Positions 9,871 through 22,236 of a DNA stretch of 64,000 nucleotides are shown in pieces (position 1 is the stretch's first letter; the number at the start of each line of letters is the position of its first letter). A model generated the notes under the pieces. That model had not been told where the DNA came from and searched no databases. It saw only the letters and a list, made by a program, of their open reading frames with translations. The translations under genes and the position numbers were made by a program. Source of the stretch: Mobula hypostoma (lineage: Eukaryota); contig NC_086109.1 in the NCBI RefSeq assembly GCF_963921235.1, positions 31,684,001 through 31,748,000 of the forward strand. Direction: 5' to 3'.

Positions 9871-12800
9871 CCCCTATGGCAGTTCCCCTCAATAATAGGC
9901 ATACTAATTTGGATACTGTTGGGAGGACCTACTGGGAAAGCCAAAGCAACTAGGTCCAGGAACTAAGTCTGGTTCTATGGCTCAGAAGGAAAGGGGGAAA
10001 GGTGGGAGAAGTGGAGTGCAGTAATGATTGCGAATCCATAGTTAGAAGAGCAGACAGTAGATTCTGTGGTTGTAAAAGAGACATCTGGATGATATGTTGC
10101 CTCCCAGGTGCCAGGGTCACAGATGTCTTGGATCGGGTCCACAGCACCCTAAAGGAAATGAGTGAACATCCTGAAGTCGTGGTACATATTGGTACCAATG
10201 ACACTGGTAGGAAGAAGGGTGAGGTACTTAAGAAGGAATATGAGGAATTAGGTACAAAGCTGAAAGCAGAACCTCATGGGTGGTAACCTCTGGAGAGTCA
10301 TGTGATAGTGAAGGTAAGAATAGGATTGATTAGCAGGTGAATGTGTGGCTGAGGAACTGGTGCAAGGGCAGGATTTCGGATTTCTGGACCATTGGGGTAT
10401 CTTCTGGCGAAGGTATGATCTGTACAAAAAAGACAGGTTACACGTGAAATTGAGGAGGACCAATATCCTTGCAGGCAGGTTTTCTAGACATGTTGGGGAA
10501 GGTTTAAGCTAATTTCTTAGGGGGAGCGGAACCGGAATGATAGGGCTGGTAATACGGCAATCGGCATATAAGTAGATGCAGTGTATAGTAAGACTGTGAG
10601 GAAGGACAGGCAGATGATAGAGCAAAATGGCAGACAATGGGATGAGTTGTAGTGTAAGATGGAGACAAAATCACAAAAAGGTGATGAAAACAGGACTGAT
10701 GGTGTAATATTTGAGAGCAGGCAGTATACCGAATGAGGTAGATGATCTTGTAGTACAGTTAGAGATGATTGGCAGCTATGATATTATGAGCATTTCTGAG
10801 TTATGGCTGAAAGAAGATCATAGCTGAGAGCTTAACAGCTAAGGATACACATGGAATTGAATGGACAGACAGGCAGAAAGGGTGGATTGGCAGAAAATGA
10901 AATCAAATCTTAGAGAGAAATGAAATAGGATCAGAAAGTTTTAGAATACTTGTGGGTTAAGTTAAGAAGCTACAAGGGTAAAAGGACTGAAGGGAGTCAG
11001 GTCTCTGAACAGTAGCCAGGATGGGAGGTACAAATTACAATGGGAGATAGAAAAGGCATGTAACAAGGGCAATATTATGATAGATTATGGGAGATTTCAA
11101 CATGCAGAAAGATTGGAAAAGCTAGGTTGTGCTGGATTCCAAGAGTGGGATTTTTAGAATGCCTATGAGATGGATTTTTAGAGCAGATTGTGGCTGAGTC
11201 CACTAGGGGAAAGGCTATTCTGGATTGGCACCTCTAGGTTAGGTGTTATGTAATGAGCCAGATTTGATTAGGAAGATAAAGGTAAAGGAGCCCTTAGAAG
11301 GCAGTGATCATAATATGGTAGATTTCACCCTGCAGACTGAGAGGAAAGTCAGATATTATCAATATTACAGTGGAGTATAGCGAATGACAGAGGCATGAGA
11401 GAGAAAATGGCCAAAGTTAATTGGAAGGGGACACCGGCAGGGATGACGGCAGAACATCAATGGATGGAGTTCCTCAAACAATTTTGGAAGACACATGAAG
11501 ATTCATCACAAAAAATTAGTAGTCTAAAGGAAGGATGATGCAACTGTGGCTGACAAGGGGGTCAAAGACAGCATAAAAGGAAAAGAGAAGGCAAATAATA
11601 ATGCAAAAATTAGTGAGTTGTTAGAGGATTTAAAAACTCTAACATTCAACAGAAAGGAACTAAAAAAGCCATAAGGAGAGTAAAGACAAAACATGAAGCT
11701 AAGCTAGCCAATGATATTAAAGAGAAAACAAAAGCTTTTTTCAGATATATAACGAGAAAATTATCAGCCAGAGTGGATATTGGACCGCTGGAAAATGACA
11801 CTGTAAAGGTATTAACGAGGATTAAAGAAATGAAGAACGGACTCAATAAGTATTTTGTACTGGTATTCACAGTGGAAGACACAAGCAGTATGCCAGAATG
11901 CCAGAAATTTGAGATTGTCAAGGGGCAGAAATGAGTGTACTTGCTAATACGAAGGAGAAAGTGCTCGGGAAGCTGAAAGGTCTGAAGGTAGATAAGTCAC
12001 CTGGACCAGATGGACCACACACCAGGATTCTGAAAGAGGTAGCTGAAGAGATTGTGGAGGCATTAGTCGTGATCTTTCAAGAAGCACAAATTTCTGGAAT
12101 GGTTACGGAGGACAGAGAAATTTCAAATGTCACTCCACTCTTCAAGAAGGGAATGAGACAAAAGACAGGAAATTATAGTTCAGTTACCATGACTTCATTA
12201 TTTGGTAAGATGTTGGAGTCAAATATTAAGGATGAGTTTTCAGGGTACTTGGAGACACAAGATAAAATCAGCCAAAATCAGCATCTTTCCTTGAAAAGAA
12301 AATATTGTCTGATAAATCTGTTAGAATTTTTGAAGAAATAATAGGCAGGATAGACAAAGGAGAGTCACTGGATGTTGTTTACTTGGATTTTTAGAAGACC
12401 TTTGACAAGGTGCCACCAATGAGAATTAACAAGAAAAGAGCCCACAGTATTACAGGAAAGATACTAGCATGGATAGAAAACTGGCTGTCTGGCAGGAGGC
12501 AAAGAGTGCCAATAAGTGAGGCTTGTTCTGATTAGCTGCCAGTGACTATAGTGGTGTTTTAAGAGCCAGTGTTGGGACCATGTCTTTTCACGTTGTATGT
12601 CAGTGATGTGGATGAAGGAATTGATAGCTTTGTGGTCAAGTTTGCAGATGATACAAACATAGATGAGTGGAAGGTAATGTTGAGGAAGCAGAGAATCTGC
12701 AGAGGGGTTTAAACAGATTACAAGAATGTACAAAGAAGTGGTAGATGGAATATACTGTAGGAAATGTATGGCTATGCACTTTGACAGAAGGAATAAAAGC

Positions 12801-13080
12801 ATAGACCATTTTCTAAATGGGGAGAAGATTCAAAAATCAGAGTTACAAAGGGATTTGAGAGTCCTTGTGCAGGATTCCCTAGAGTTTAACTTGCAGGTTG
12901 AGTCAGTGGTAAGGAAGACAAATACAATGTCAGCATTCATATTGTCAACAGGTTTGGGCTCTCTTATCTAAGAAAACATGCTATGGCATTGGAGTGGATT
13001 CAGAAGAGGTTCATGGGAATGACTCCTGGAATAAAATATTTAAAGTTCATGGGGTGTTTGCTGGCTCTGGTTCTGTACTT

Positions 13081-13900
13081 CGTCGTTGTGGCTATCCCTC
13101 GGGGTCAAGGATGATGGTTTTCATTCTGTTGATCTACTTATGGGCTATCAAGTGGCTTATGAGTCCAATTGTGGCTCTGAATGTTCTTCCACATTCAGGA
13201 CAGGTAGTTCCAGATGGCAGATCGGGCTTTGGTTGTTGCTGCCTCTCTTTCCATTTTCTTCTCTTTTCTTCTAATTCTGCACATCTGTTGGCTTTGAAAG
13301 CTGCTGTTCCTTCTCAGATGTTGGCTTGCCAGAGTTTCCTGTACTTGGCATTGGTTTCCCATTTGTTGATGTCCATGTTACGTTTTTTTATGTTGGCTTT
13401 TAAGACGTCTTTGAATCTCTTCTGCTGTCCACCTCTTTTATGTTTGCTTTCTTTAAGCAGGGAGTAGAAGATCTGTTTCGGCAGACGTTCGTCTTTCATC
13501 CGAACAACATGACCGCTCCATCTTAGTTGGTTCTTGATGACGTAGGCTTCAATGCTTGTTGTTTTTGCTTCATTCAGCACACTGACGTTAGTTCTTCTAC
13601 CTTCCCAGCTGATACTTAAGATGTTTGAAGACAGCACTTATGGAACTTTTCAAGTGCATTCAGATGTCGTCGGTATGTTGTCCAGGTTTCTGTTGCATAC
13701 AGGAGCGTTGAGATTACCACTGCTTTATACACTAACATTGTGGTGTCTGTTCGGATGTCACAATCATGAAAGACTCTTGTTCGGAGACATCCAAAAGCTG
13801 TTCCAGCGCATTTAAGACGATATTGGATCTCGTCATTAAGGTCGACATTGGAGGAGAGGTGACTTCCAAGATACGGAAAGTGGTCCATGTTTTCCAGGGT
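13081..13900 (-). mobile_element. RTE-clade LINE 3' fragment
   Basis: HFPYLGSHLSS, LLYATETWT, QLRWSGHVVRMKDERLPKQIFYS, RGGQQKRFKD; TSD TGTACTT (13074-13080) / TGTATTT (13901-13907). Confidence 0.92.
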
Positions 13901-14366
13901 TGTATTTTCTGGAGTCTTAAAGAATCAGGGGGAATCTCATTGAAACCTATAAAATATTGAAAGGCCTTGATAGAGTGGATGTGGAGAAGATGTTGCGTAT
14001 AGTGGGAGTGTCTAGGTCCAGAGGGCATAGCCTCAGCATAGAGGGATGTCCATTTAGAACAGGGATGAGGATGGCAGTGAATCTGTGAAATCCATTGCCA
14101 CAGATAGCTGTGGAGGCGAATCATTGGATATATTTAAAGGGGAGGTTGTATGTTTTGGATTAGTAAGGGTGTCAAATGTTACAGGGAGAAGACAGGAGAA
14201 TGGGGTTGAGAGGGATAATAAATCAGCTGAATGGCCTAATTTGCTCCTTTGTTTTATGGTCTGAATTGTGAAAAGCAGTATGTTTCACGGACACCTGACA
14301 CACTTAACTAAAATGCAATAGATTTTGCAACATTATATTCAAAACAGAGGGTAACAAAGGGTTTTT

Positions 14367-14670
14367 GGATGACTCAGAGGCGGACCGTGGTCGGGTATGG
14401 CAGGGAGAGTTTTTCTTCCTTCTCCCATCTGCGTGAGGTGTGGGACATTTGAGAGACTTTGAACTTTTACCGTGCTCATGGACTTCTTCATCAAGTTATG
14501 GTATTGTTGCACCTGTTGTAACTATATAAGTATGTGGTTTTGTTAGTTTTTTTCAGTCTTGGTCTGTCCTGTGTTTTGTGATATCACACCAGAGGAAATA
14601 TTGTATCATTTCTTACTGCATGCATTACTAAATGACAGTAAAAGAGGACTGCGTGTCTTCATAATCTAAA
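14367..14670 (+). mobile_element. Unclassified non-LTR retrotransposon 3' end
   Basis: Homologous to 2957-3186 including the GAGGACTG.GTGTC.TCATAATCTAA terminus. Confidence 0.6.
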
Positions 14671-15411
14671 AAATTATGGTTTTCATTGAGAGGAGGTGAT
14701 GATTCAGTCTGATCACTGAGAAAAGTTCATAGGTATTTGCTGCTGTTCCCCAGGGTACTCTTAGTGTTCTGGCCTCAGCAAATCCTTTGTGGTGAGCCTT
14801 GCATAGCAACTGAAATACAACATGTAAAAGTTATGGTGCTGTTCCACAAATGACTAATACAGAATCGATGAATGGAATCATCAGGCATAACAAAAGTGCT
14901 GTATAGATATTTCACCATGAGATCCAGACTCTTAGAGGTCGATTACAAAGAGATATTCAATAGAGTAAATAATTTGATTGATGCTTTCAAGATATTAAAG
15001 AGAATCAGTGAGATAAATAAAAAAAAATAATTTCAGTGTGAGAAGTAGCATGCACAATGATAATATGAAACTAAGAATAATAAACCAAGCTGAACTGTAG
15101 GTATTGCATTAGTAAACCCATTGTACATGTTTTATATAACAATAAAACACTTATTCAGTATATGTACAATTTTTTATCCATAATGGCATAAAAGTCACAA
15201 GACAGAATCAAGCTCTTTGATTTAACTAGTCTATGCTGATACTTAGTTCCATGCAGGAATTTGGTTTATACCTTATGTTTTATTCTTATTTTTTTAGTCA
15301 CCTGATTAACCTTTCTCTCAAGAGCTAACATGAAATAGAAATCTTCTTCGGAGCTGCAATTGCTCTGCTATAACTAACCTTGATGTCAATCTGTTCATTG
15401 CTGGAAACAAT

Positions 15412-16205
15412 AGGGTGATAGTGCCTAACGGTGACTCCTTTACTTGCATCTTTGGAAACAGCTCTATTTCTACCTTTAATATCTATTTTATTTTCCTTTT
15501 CAGGGTTCTTTTGAAGACCCTGACCTGGAGTTACACGCTGACTTCGGTTCTTTACCGAAATGGGACCCACCCTCAGGCCTCAGGGCCGGCTGTTTTTCGA
15601 TACGCCAAGGACGCGGCTCGGAAGACTAGCGCGCCTTCAGGGTGCTGGATTTTTGTGGCCCTGGAGGCGGGCAGATTTGAGGTTGGTGCCGCCATAGAAA
15701 ACTGGTGTGTCGTGGAAGTATATGGAAAATCAAAAGCAGTGAGCTGGCTGTGTGCCCAGATACTCAATTTCTTTGGGCACAGAGCTCAGAAAAAGCAATG
15801 CCACAGACTTGTAACAGCATAAGTCAGTGACTTGTTTTTGTTATGTCTCCCCTCTCACATTTTCCCTTATCAGGGAGAGAAAGAGCCTGTGGTATGTGGA
15901 ATTATCGGGTGAACGAGTAGTCTTTGGGGTACTGCAAGTCTGTGTCTTTATTGATGCTTTGCTGCACACTTGAGTGCTCGGTGGAGGGCAATGATGCTTT
16001 TTTGCTTGTGGGGAAGGGGAGGGTCATCGCCTTGGGGCTGCTTGTGCATGGGAGGGCTGAGCTGCGGGCACTTTGGTTTTCTAAACATTTTACTGTCATT
16101 CATTCTTTGGGGCACTCCTCTGTTCTTGTGGATATTTGCGAAGAAAAGGAATTTCAGGATGTATATTGTATACCTTTCTCTGACATTAAATGTACCTATT
16201 GAAAC
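15412..16205 (+). mobile_element. Non-coding non-autonomous retroelement, Rex1-like tail
   Basis: Collinear with 56340-57148 (opposite strand) along its length; possible TSD GAAACAAT on both sides. Confidence 0.8.
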
Positions 16206-16759
16206 AATCAGTTTCCACTTATTTTGATCGATTACTTTACAAAGATAAAATGTTACACATGGTACTGAATCATACCTTTGAACATCAGGTTGCAAATTAC
16301 AGTAAAAATATGGGGCAAACCTCTGTTTTCAAACTTAATGGAAGAAAATCTTAATTTTGGCCAGACTACCTGCTGAATTCTGAACAGAGCCCTATTAGAA
16401 AATATGAGAAATTTGAACAAAATGGTATCCTCTTAAATCAGTACTTCCTCTCTTTGCCTCCATATGCAACTGGAGAATTATGGTACAATTCCCCTGAATT
16501 ATATTTTTTGCATTTATTTTCTTTAAATAATGGCCATCAATTAAACATTCATCATTATCTGATTAAAACTTTTAGTATAGTTAGGTTTTTGGCTTTGAGA
16601 TGAGCATCCTGTCCATATACTAATTACAAAACTCTCTGCTTTATACCTGAAATATAATGTTCCAGCTCCATTCTGCTTCAATATATCTGCTCCAGAAATC
16701 CTTATTCCCCCCACTCCAAACTTGATTATTCAGACATTATTTTATCTGCTTTTACAATC

Positions 16760-16885
16760 AACAACACCAGAAATTCTGCAGACGATGGAAATCTAAAGCA
16801 ACAGACACAAAATGCTGTTGTAACTTAGCAGGTCAGGCAGCATCTATGGAAATGAATAAACAGTCGACGTTTCTTCTGGACTCAG
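16760..16885 (-). mobile_element. Short PLE terminal repeat, hammerhead stem II deleted
   Basis: CTGCAGACGATGGAAATC..CAGGTCAGGCAGCATCTATGG..CAGTCGACGTTTC then TTCTGGACT. Confidence 0.8.
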
Positions 16886-17089
16886 TCTCCATGTGAGAAT
16901 ATCATGTGTGTTTTAACAATCTTCATGTGTGAATATTAACTCGTGAAAAATTATGTTACAGCAGACCAAGTACAGATCAATTAAGCTTATAGTCTATTCT
17001 CTCCCCCAGTCTTCCAATGCCTGAGATTTAAGATCCCAGTTCTCTGAAAATTATATGTTCATGATAGATATTTCCATCCCTCCTACCCT

Positions 17090-17850
17090 GGGGGAGGACT
17101 TGGTCAAATGGTGCAAGCTGAATCATCTGCAGCTCAACATCAGCAAGACAAAGGGGATGGTGATGGACTTAGGAAGGCTAAGCCTACACTGCTCTGTTAC
17201 TTTTGATCGTGAGAACGTAATCATGATGAAGACCTACAGGTACTTAGGGGAGCACCTGGACGACAGACTTGAGTGGAGCACCAACACAGACACTGTGTAC
17301 AGGAAGAACTAGAGTCACCTTTACTTCCCGAGGAGACTGTCCTTTGGAGTATGCAGGCCTGTCCTTCACATGTTCTATCAGTCCGTTGTTGCCAGTACAA
17401 TTTTCTATGTGGTGGTGTGCTGGGGCAATGGCAGTAACATGGGTGATGCCAACAGGCTCAATAAACTGATTAGAAAGGCTATCTCTGTTGCAAGAGTCAA
17501 ACTAGACACAATGGAGGCTGTGGTAGAACAAAGGGCCCTACGAATAATCCTGGCAATTCTGGTGAATGTTTCTCACCCCCTGCATGCCACATTGGCTAAA
17601 CAGAGGAGCACTTCCGTAATAGACTAAGACAAATATAGCTCCAAAAAGCGCTATATGAGATCATTCTTACCCTCGGCCATTAGGCCCTAAAGTGAGTCAA
17701 CCTATAGCCAGGGAAGTGATGACACACTCCTGTTAGATTATATAGGGTAACATTTTTTATTCTTTCCTACTTCTCTTCTAATATTTGTGTATCTGTGCAC
17801 TTGTAATGCTACTATGACACTATAATTTCCTTTAGAATCAATAAAGTATC
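17090..17850 (+). mobile_element. Rex1/Babar LINE 3' fragment
   Basis: WCKLNHLQLNISKTKGMVMD, YRYLGEHLDDRLEWS, FYQSVVASTIFYVVVCWG; same family as 62355-64000. Confidence 0.88.
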
Positions 17851-19244
17851 TGTCTAGCTTTCTATCTTCCTTTACCTACAACTTCACTGCTCTATTCAAG
17901 AGTCTTCCTCTAGCTTTTTTTTGAACTTCCTCACTTTACTGTTGCCCAAGTCTCTGCCTTCCCTGAATCTCTCCTAGTCACTTTACTCATTCTGCATTTC
18001 CTTAAAATCTACATCCCTGTCTTTATCTCAGTTTAAAAAGCTCTGATTATATCTTTGCCTTGAGGCATCTTCCACATTAAATGTACAGTACAAGTGAATA
18101 TCCATTTCAAACAGAAGTATTAGTTAGGCTTCTGATAACCAGGCAATGTTTATGGAGCCAACCTTAGAAAATATTATTGAAATTATATTAACTTCTCCAT
18201 CCTCATTGCATGCAATTGCACCTTGCCATATTATTGGATAAAAATAGACAAGATCACATTAGAGTTATTGCCTTGGCCAACACAAGGTGAAATGAACAAA
18301 TGGAATGAATTCTTTCCTTCTGATAGATATTTGCCTGATGTCAGAAGTAAATGTTTAAATTTGAACAACTTAGAGTTCTATTTAAGTGTAAGACAGCAGT
18401 GTAGGGCCTATAGAACAGAATACATAAATTTACCATTATTGTAAAATCTTTATTTTAATACAGTATATTCAATAAAGTAAAGCAAAACATGAAATGTCCG
18501 CAGCTTAAGCTGAATCTGTTGAGAACATTTTTTTTTATGTGTAGACTTCCTCTAGCATGCAAAGATGCTGATCTATGAGTCAACAGTTGCAAATGGATCA
18601 AAATAAACAAGAAATCCACAGTTACAAAAATGTTAAGGAATCAGTTTTGAAATGTCTTAAATAAAAGCCAATTATCCATATTGTGAACTTAACGTAATTG
18701 ATGACCTTTGCTCTTCAGCAATGTTCCCACTCAAAGATTATGATCTGTATTATAGCTGTAGGCTAACTAAGCTGTTCACAGCTCTACTTTATCAGTCCAA
18801 TGCTTTCCACTAACTTCATGGTTCATTTCATTTTAAGTCACTAATTAGACATTTACCATACTCTCTGGTAACTTCACTCAGGTTGTGAAGAATTTCTGTC
18901 TGTCTGTAAATGCAGTGAAGCTCATTGGCTTTACTCAGACTACCGTGGAAAAGGGAAAAACACTGTATCTTCAGGATATAAAGATAATTCCATTTTATAC
19001 TTACAACTCTGGGTCAGATGGCTTTTGACCTAATAGGCTGCAAGATCCCTATGAACAAATAAGTTAGCTACTCCTATAGAATATGAAAAAATGCATCACC
19101 TCCTCAGTACGAACACCATACTTCAGAAACTGGAATTCTGTACCTCCTCTGAAACTGGATCCTTCACTTCCATTTCAGAATAGTACAGTAAGTGTGAACT
19201 GGTAATAGCATCAGCTTCTAGTTCATAGTCCACCCCAGACACGC

Positions 19245-19395
19245 GCCGGAGGGAGGGGAGCTGGCAGGGATTTTGGGGTTCTAACATTTAACTGTCATTC
19301 ATTCTTTGGGGGCACTCTCTGTTTCAGTGGATGGTCCTGAAGAAAAAGCATTTCAAGATGTATATTGTATACATTTCTCTGACATTAAGTGTCTC
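19245..19395 (+). mobile_element. 3' fragment of the 15412-16205 family
   Basis: CTAACATTTAACTGTCATTCATTCTTTGGGG..GATGTATATTGTATACATTTCTCTGACATTAA matches 16080-16190. Confidence 0.75.
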
Positions 19396-19399
19396 CAAT

Positions 19400-20045
19400 A
19401 TCTGTGCTTAACCCACTGCTCTACTCTTTCTATACTCATGACTGGCTGCTTCACAGCTTGGTATGGAAACGCCAATGCCCTTGAACAGAAAATTCCTCAA
19501 AAGGTAGTGGGAATGGCCCAGCCCATTATGTGTAAAGACCACCCAACCACTGAGCACATCTACATGAAATGCTGTCAGAAGAAAGTAGCATCTATCATCA
19601 GGGAACCCCACCACAGAGGACATGCTCTCTTCTTGCTGCTGCCATCTGGAAGAAGGTGCAAGAGCCTTTGGACACACATCATCAGGTTTTGGAACAGTTA
19701 CTACCGTTCAACCATCAGGCTCTTGAACAATGGAAGCAACTTCACTCAGCTTCACTTGCCCCATCATTGAACTGCTCACACGACCAATGGACTCACTTTC
19801 AAGGACACTTCATCTCATGTTCTTGATATTTATTGCTATCTTATTTACACTATTGTTTTTTCTGTATTTGGTAGTTTGTTGTCTTCTGCACTCTAGTTGA
19901 AAGCCCTAATTTGGTGGTCAGTCAGTTATTCTGTTATGGTTACTATTATATAGATTTGTTGCATATGCCCACAAGAAAATTAATCTCAGCATTGTATATG
20001 GTGACATATATGTACTTTGAAAATAAAACTTACTTTGAACTTTGT
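19400..20045 (+). mobile_element. Rex1/Babar LINE 3' end
   Basis: SILMTGCFTAWYGN..HALFLLLPSGRR..RFWNSYY; tail AATAAAACTTACTTTGAACTTTG. Confidence 0.88.
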
Positions 20046-20059
20046 CTGTATGGCTAGGG

Positions 20060-20888
20060 GCAGCTCAAACTCCATCTAAGCATTCACTAATGACACCAGT
20101 GCTGTTGGTAGAATCTCAGCTGGCAATGAGGAGGTGTACAGGTGAGAGATAGATGGGCTGGTTGATTAGAGTCACAACAAAAACCTCACACTCATTGTCA
20201 GCAAGACTAAGGAATTGATTGTGGACTTCAGGAAGGGAAAGTTCTGGAGAACACACACCAGTACACATTGGGAGTCTACATTGGAAAGGATGAGCGGCTG
20301 TAAGTTCAAGGATCTCAATATTTTGGAGGATCTAACCTGGGACAAACATATTAACCCAATCACAAGGAAGGCACACCAGTAGTTCTACTTCATTAGGAGC
20401 TTGGGGAGATGTTAACAAATACGCTTATAAGTTTCTTTAACTGTATGGTAGAGAGCATTCTGACTGGTTGCATCACAGTCCGGTATACGGGTTCCAATAT
20501 ATAGGATTGCAAGAGGCTGCAGAGGGTCGCAGACATGCCAGCAAGATCACAGGCACAACGTTTTCCACCATCAAGAACATCTTCATGTGGTGCCTTAAAA
20601 AGTCTACTTCCATCTCTGAGGAATCTCACCATCCAGGAAGTGCCCTCTTCTCATAATACTATCAGTACTAGAACATGAAGATCCATACTCTTTGATTCCG
20701 AAGTAGCTTCCTCCCCTCCACCATCAGACTTCAGAATGGTCCATGAATCCATGAATTATTCCTTATATACACTATTTATTTATTTTTGTCATATATGATA
20801 ATTGTATGTCTTTGCACTGTGTTGTTACTGCAAAGCATCAAATTTTGCAACATATAAGTTAATGATAATAAATCAGATTCTGATTCTG
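20060..20888 (+). mobile_element. Rex1/Babar LINE 3' fragment
   Basis: AAGACTAAGGAATTGATTGTGGACTTCAGGAAG (KTKELIVDFRK), ESILTGCIT; tail AATAAATCAGATTCTGATTCTG. Confidence 0.85.
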
Positions 20889-22101
20889 GAAAAGTAGGTC
20901 AACCTTTTCTTCATTTTTTTTCACATCTTAACTCTTCATAAAAACAAAAACTGTAGCTAATTACCTGACATACAAATTAAAATTATTTCAGCATGACATT
21001 AAAATTGTAAAATCAGTTGAGAGTGGCAAGGCAAAAGTTTATTTGGGGTAATTCTAACAAAGGGCAGGACAGGAATGAGTGAGAACAGTTAGACTCCACG
21101 AAAAACTATTGTATCTGATGGTAGGATTTTACCATAAAATTAGGACCTCCCATCCACAAAGTTGTTTCAGTCAAAAATTGAGGAGTCATGGAAATGTTAC
21201 TGCATTTTTTGTTTGCGAAGTGCAAGTTGCAATGATCACTGCGAGTTTGGAAAATTTCTAAACTTTGCCCTAGTTTAAAAGATCTGTTACAATTTTAAGC
21301 AATTGTTTGATAGACCTCTTCTGTGCATAGTCTTCCCTCCAAAAAGCTGCTGAGACATTGCAGTGTTCATTGACAGATCTTCAGCTCCTTCCAATGATAC
21401 TAATCTCTTACCTTGTTTTCACTGGAAAGCTCCAAGATGACCTGAAACCCCATGTGCCTGGAGTTAAGAGTTTCAGCTCTTCATGAGCTTTTAACATATT
21501 GAAATCGGCAGCATACTCTTGTTAAAGGTTACTCAGATGCAGTTCCGTGAGTTCAGGTTACATGTTGGGCAAAAGTCAAATGGATTGAAGATGCTGGTAT
21601 TTCTATTGCACTTAACCACTGGTTTGAAACTCAACCATCCACAGAAATTAAAAACCAGGTGATAGTTATTCCTTTTCAAATATTTTACAGAAATCTGACA
21701 GCATTTTATCTAAATTCTGCACTATTCAATTGAGAAGTAAATACACAGGAGAACAACACATTTTTAGTCAGGTGACCTTCAAATTTTCAGAGTTGACATG
21801 CATTCATACCATATGATTTTGTGAGTTTTAGATTGATACAAAAATAGAACAGCTTGCTTCCAGAAATGTGAAGGGCTAGCCATCTGGATTGACAAAGAAC
21901 AGAGATTTTAGAACATGAAACTCACAGCTTTTCTGTTCAAATTTATGGTTGAATAAACAAGTTTAAATTAAACTTGAAGATCTGCACTGTACTTAACTAG
22001 GCTCGTGTTTTGCTTTTCTTTGTAGATGACTTTAACCGCCTGTTCCTAAAATTAAAGATACACCATTTTAATGACATTGATAGCACAGAACATGGAGACC
22101 T

Positions 22102-22236
22102 TAAACACGAGATTCTGCAGATGCTGGAAATCCAGAGCAATACACACAAAATGCTGGAGGAACTCAGCAGATCCGACAGCATTCATGAAGAGAATTGAAC
22201 AGTCAGCGCTTCAGGTTGAGACCTTTTATCAGGACC
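22102..22236 (-). mobile_element. Short PLE terminal repeat with degenerate hammerhead
   Basis: AAACACGAGATTCTGCAGATGCTGGAAATCCAG..ATGCTGGAGGAACTCAGCAG; minus strand CTGATAA..CTGAAGCGCTGACTG. Confidence 0.82.

Larger units (their letters stand above)
6041..14265 (+). mobile_element. Old near-full-length CR1 LINE (5'UTR, ORF1 zinc finger + SGNH esterase, ORF2 EN-RT, 3'UTR), interrupted by young CR1 and RTE
   Basis: Decayed ORF1 from 6462 (YICMKCIKLQL); esterase motifs ESIVR, CCLPGARVTDV, VVVHIGTND, DRLH..GEGLS* (stop 10510-10512); ORF2 KSPGPDG (11931..12341) and KFADDT near 12640; many stops and frameshifts. Confidence 0.9.

Noticed and set aside
9871..9944. N-terminal 25 aa of track ORF 8568..9944 as the ORF2 start
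   Set aside because: Lies in antisense sequence of the host CR1 beyond the insertion junction; chimeric by chance.
15415..16295. Several 65-135 aa ORFs, echoed at 56360-57121 and 28169-28657
   Set aside because: Inside non-coding repeats; frames not preserved between copies; no motifs.
19005..19048. 44-nt minus-strand exon candidate (GSCSLLGQKPSDPE) with good splice sites
   Set aside because: Too short and unrecognisable to separate from chance.
21412..21520. Minus-strand donor with open frame EYAADFNMLKAHEELK
   Set aside because: Weak acceptor and no recognisable homology.
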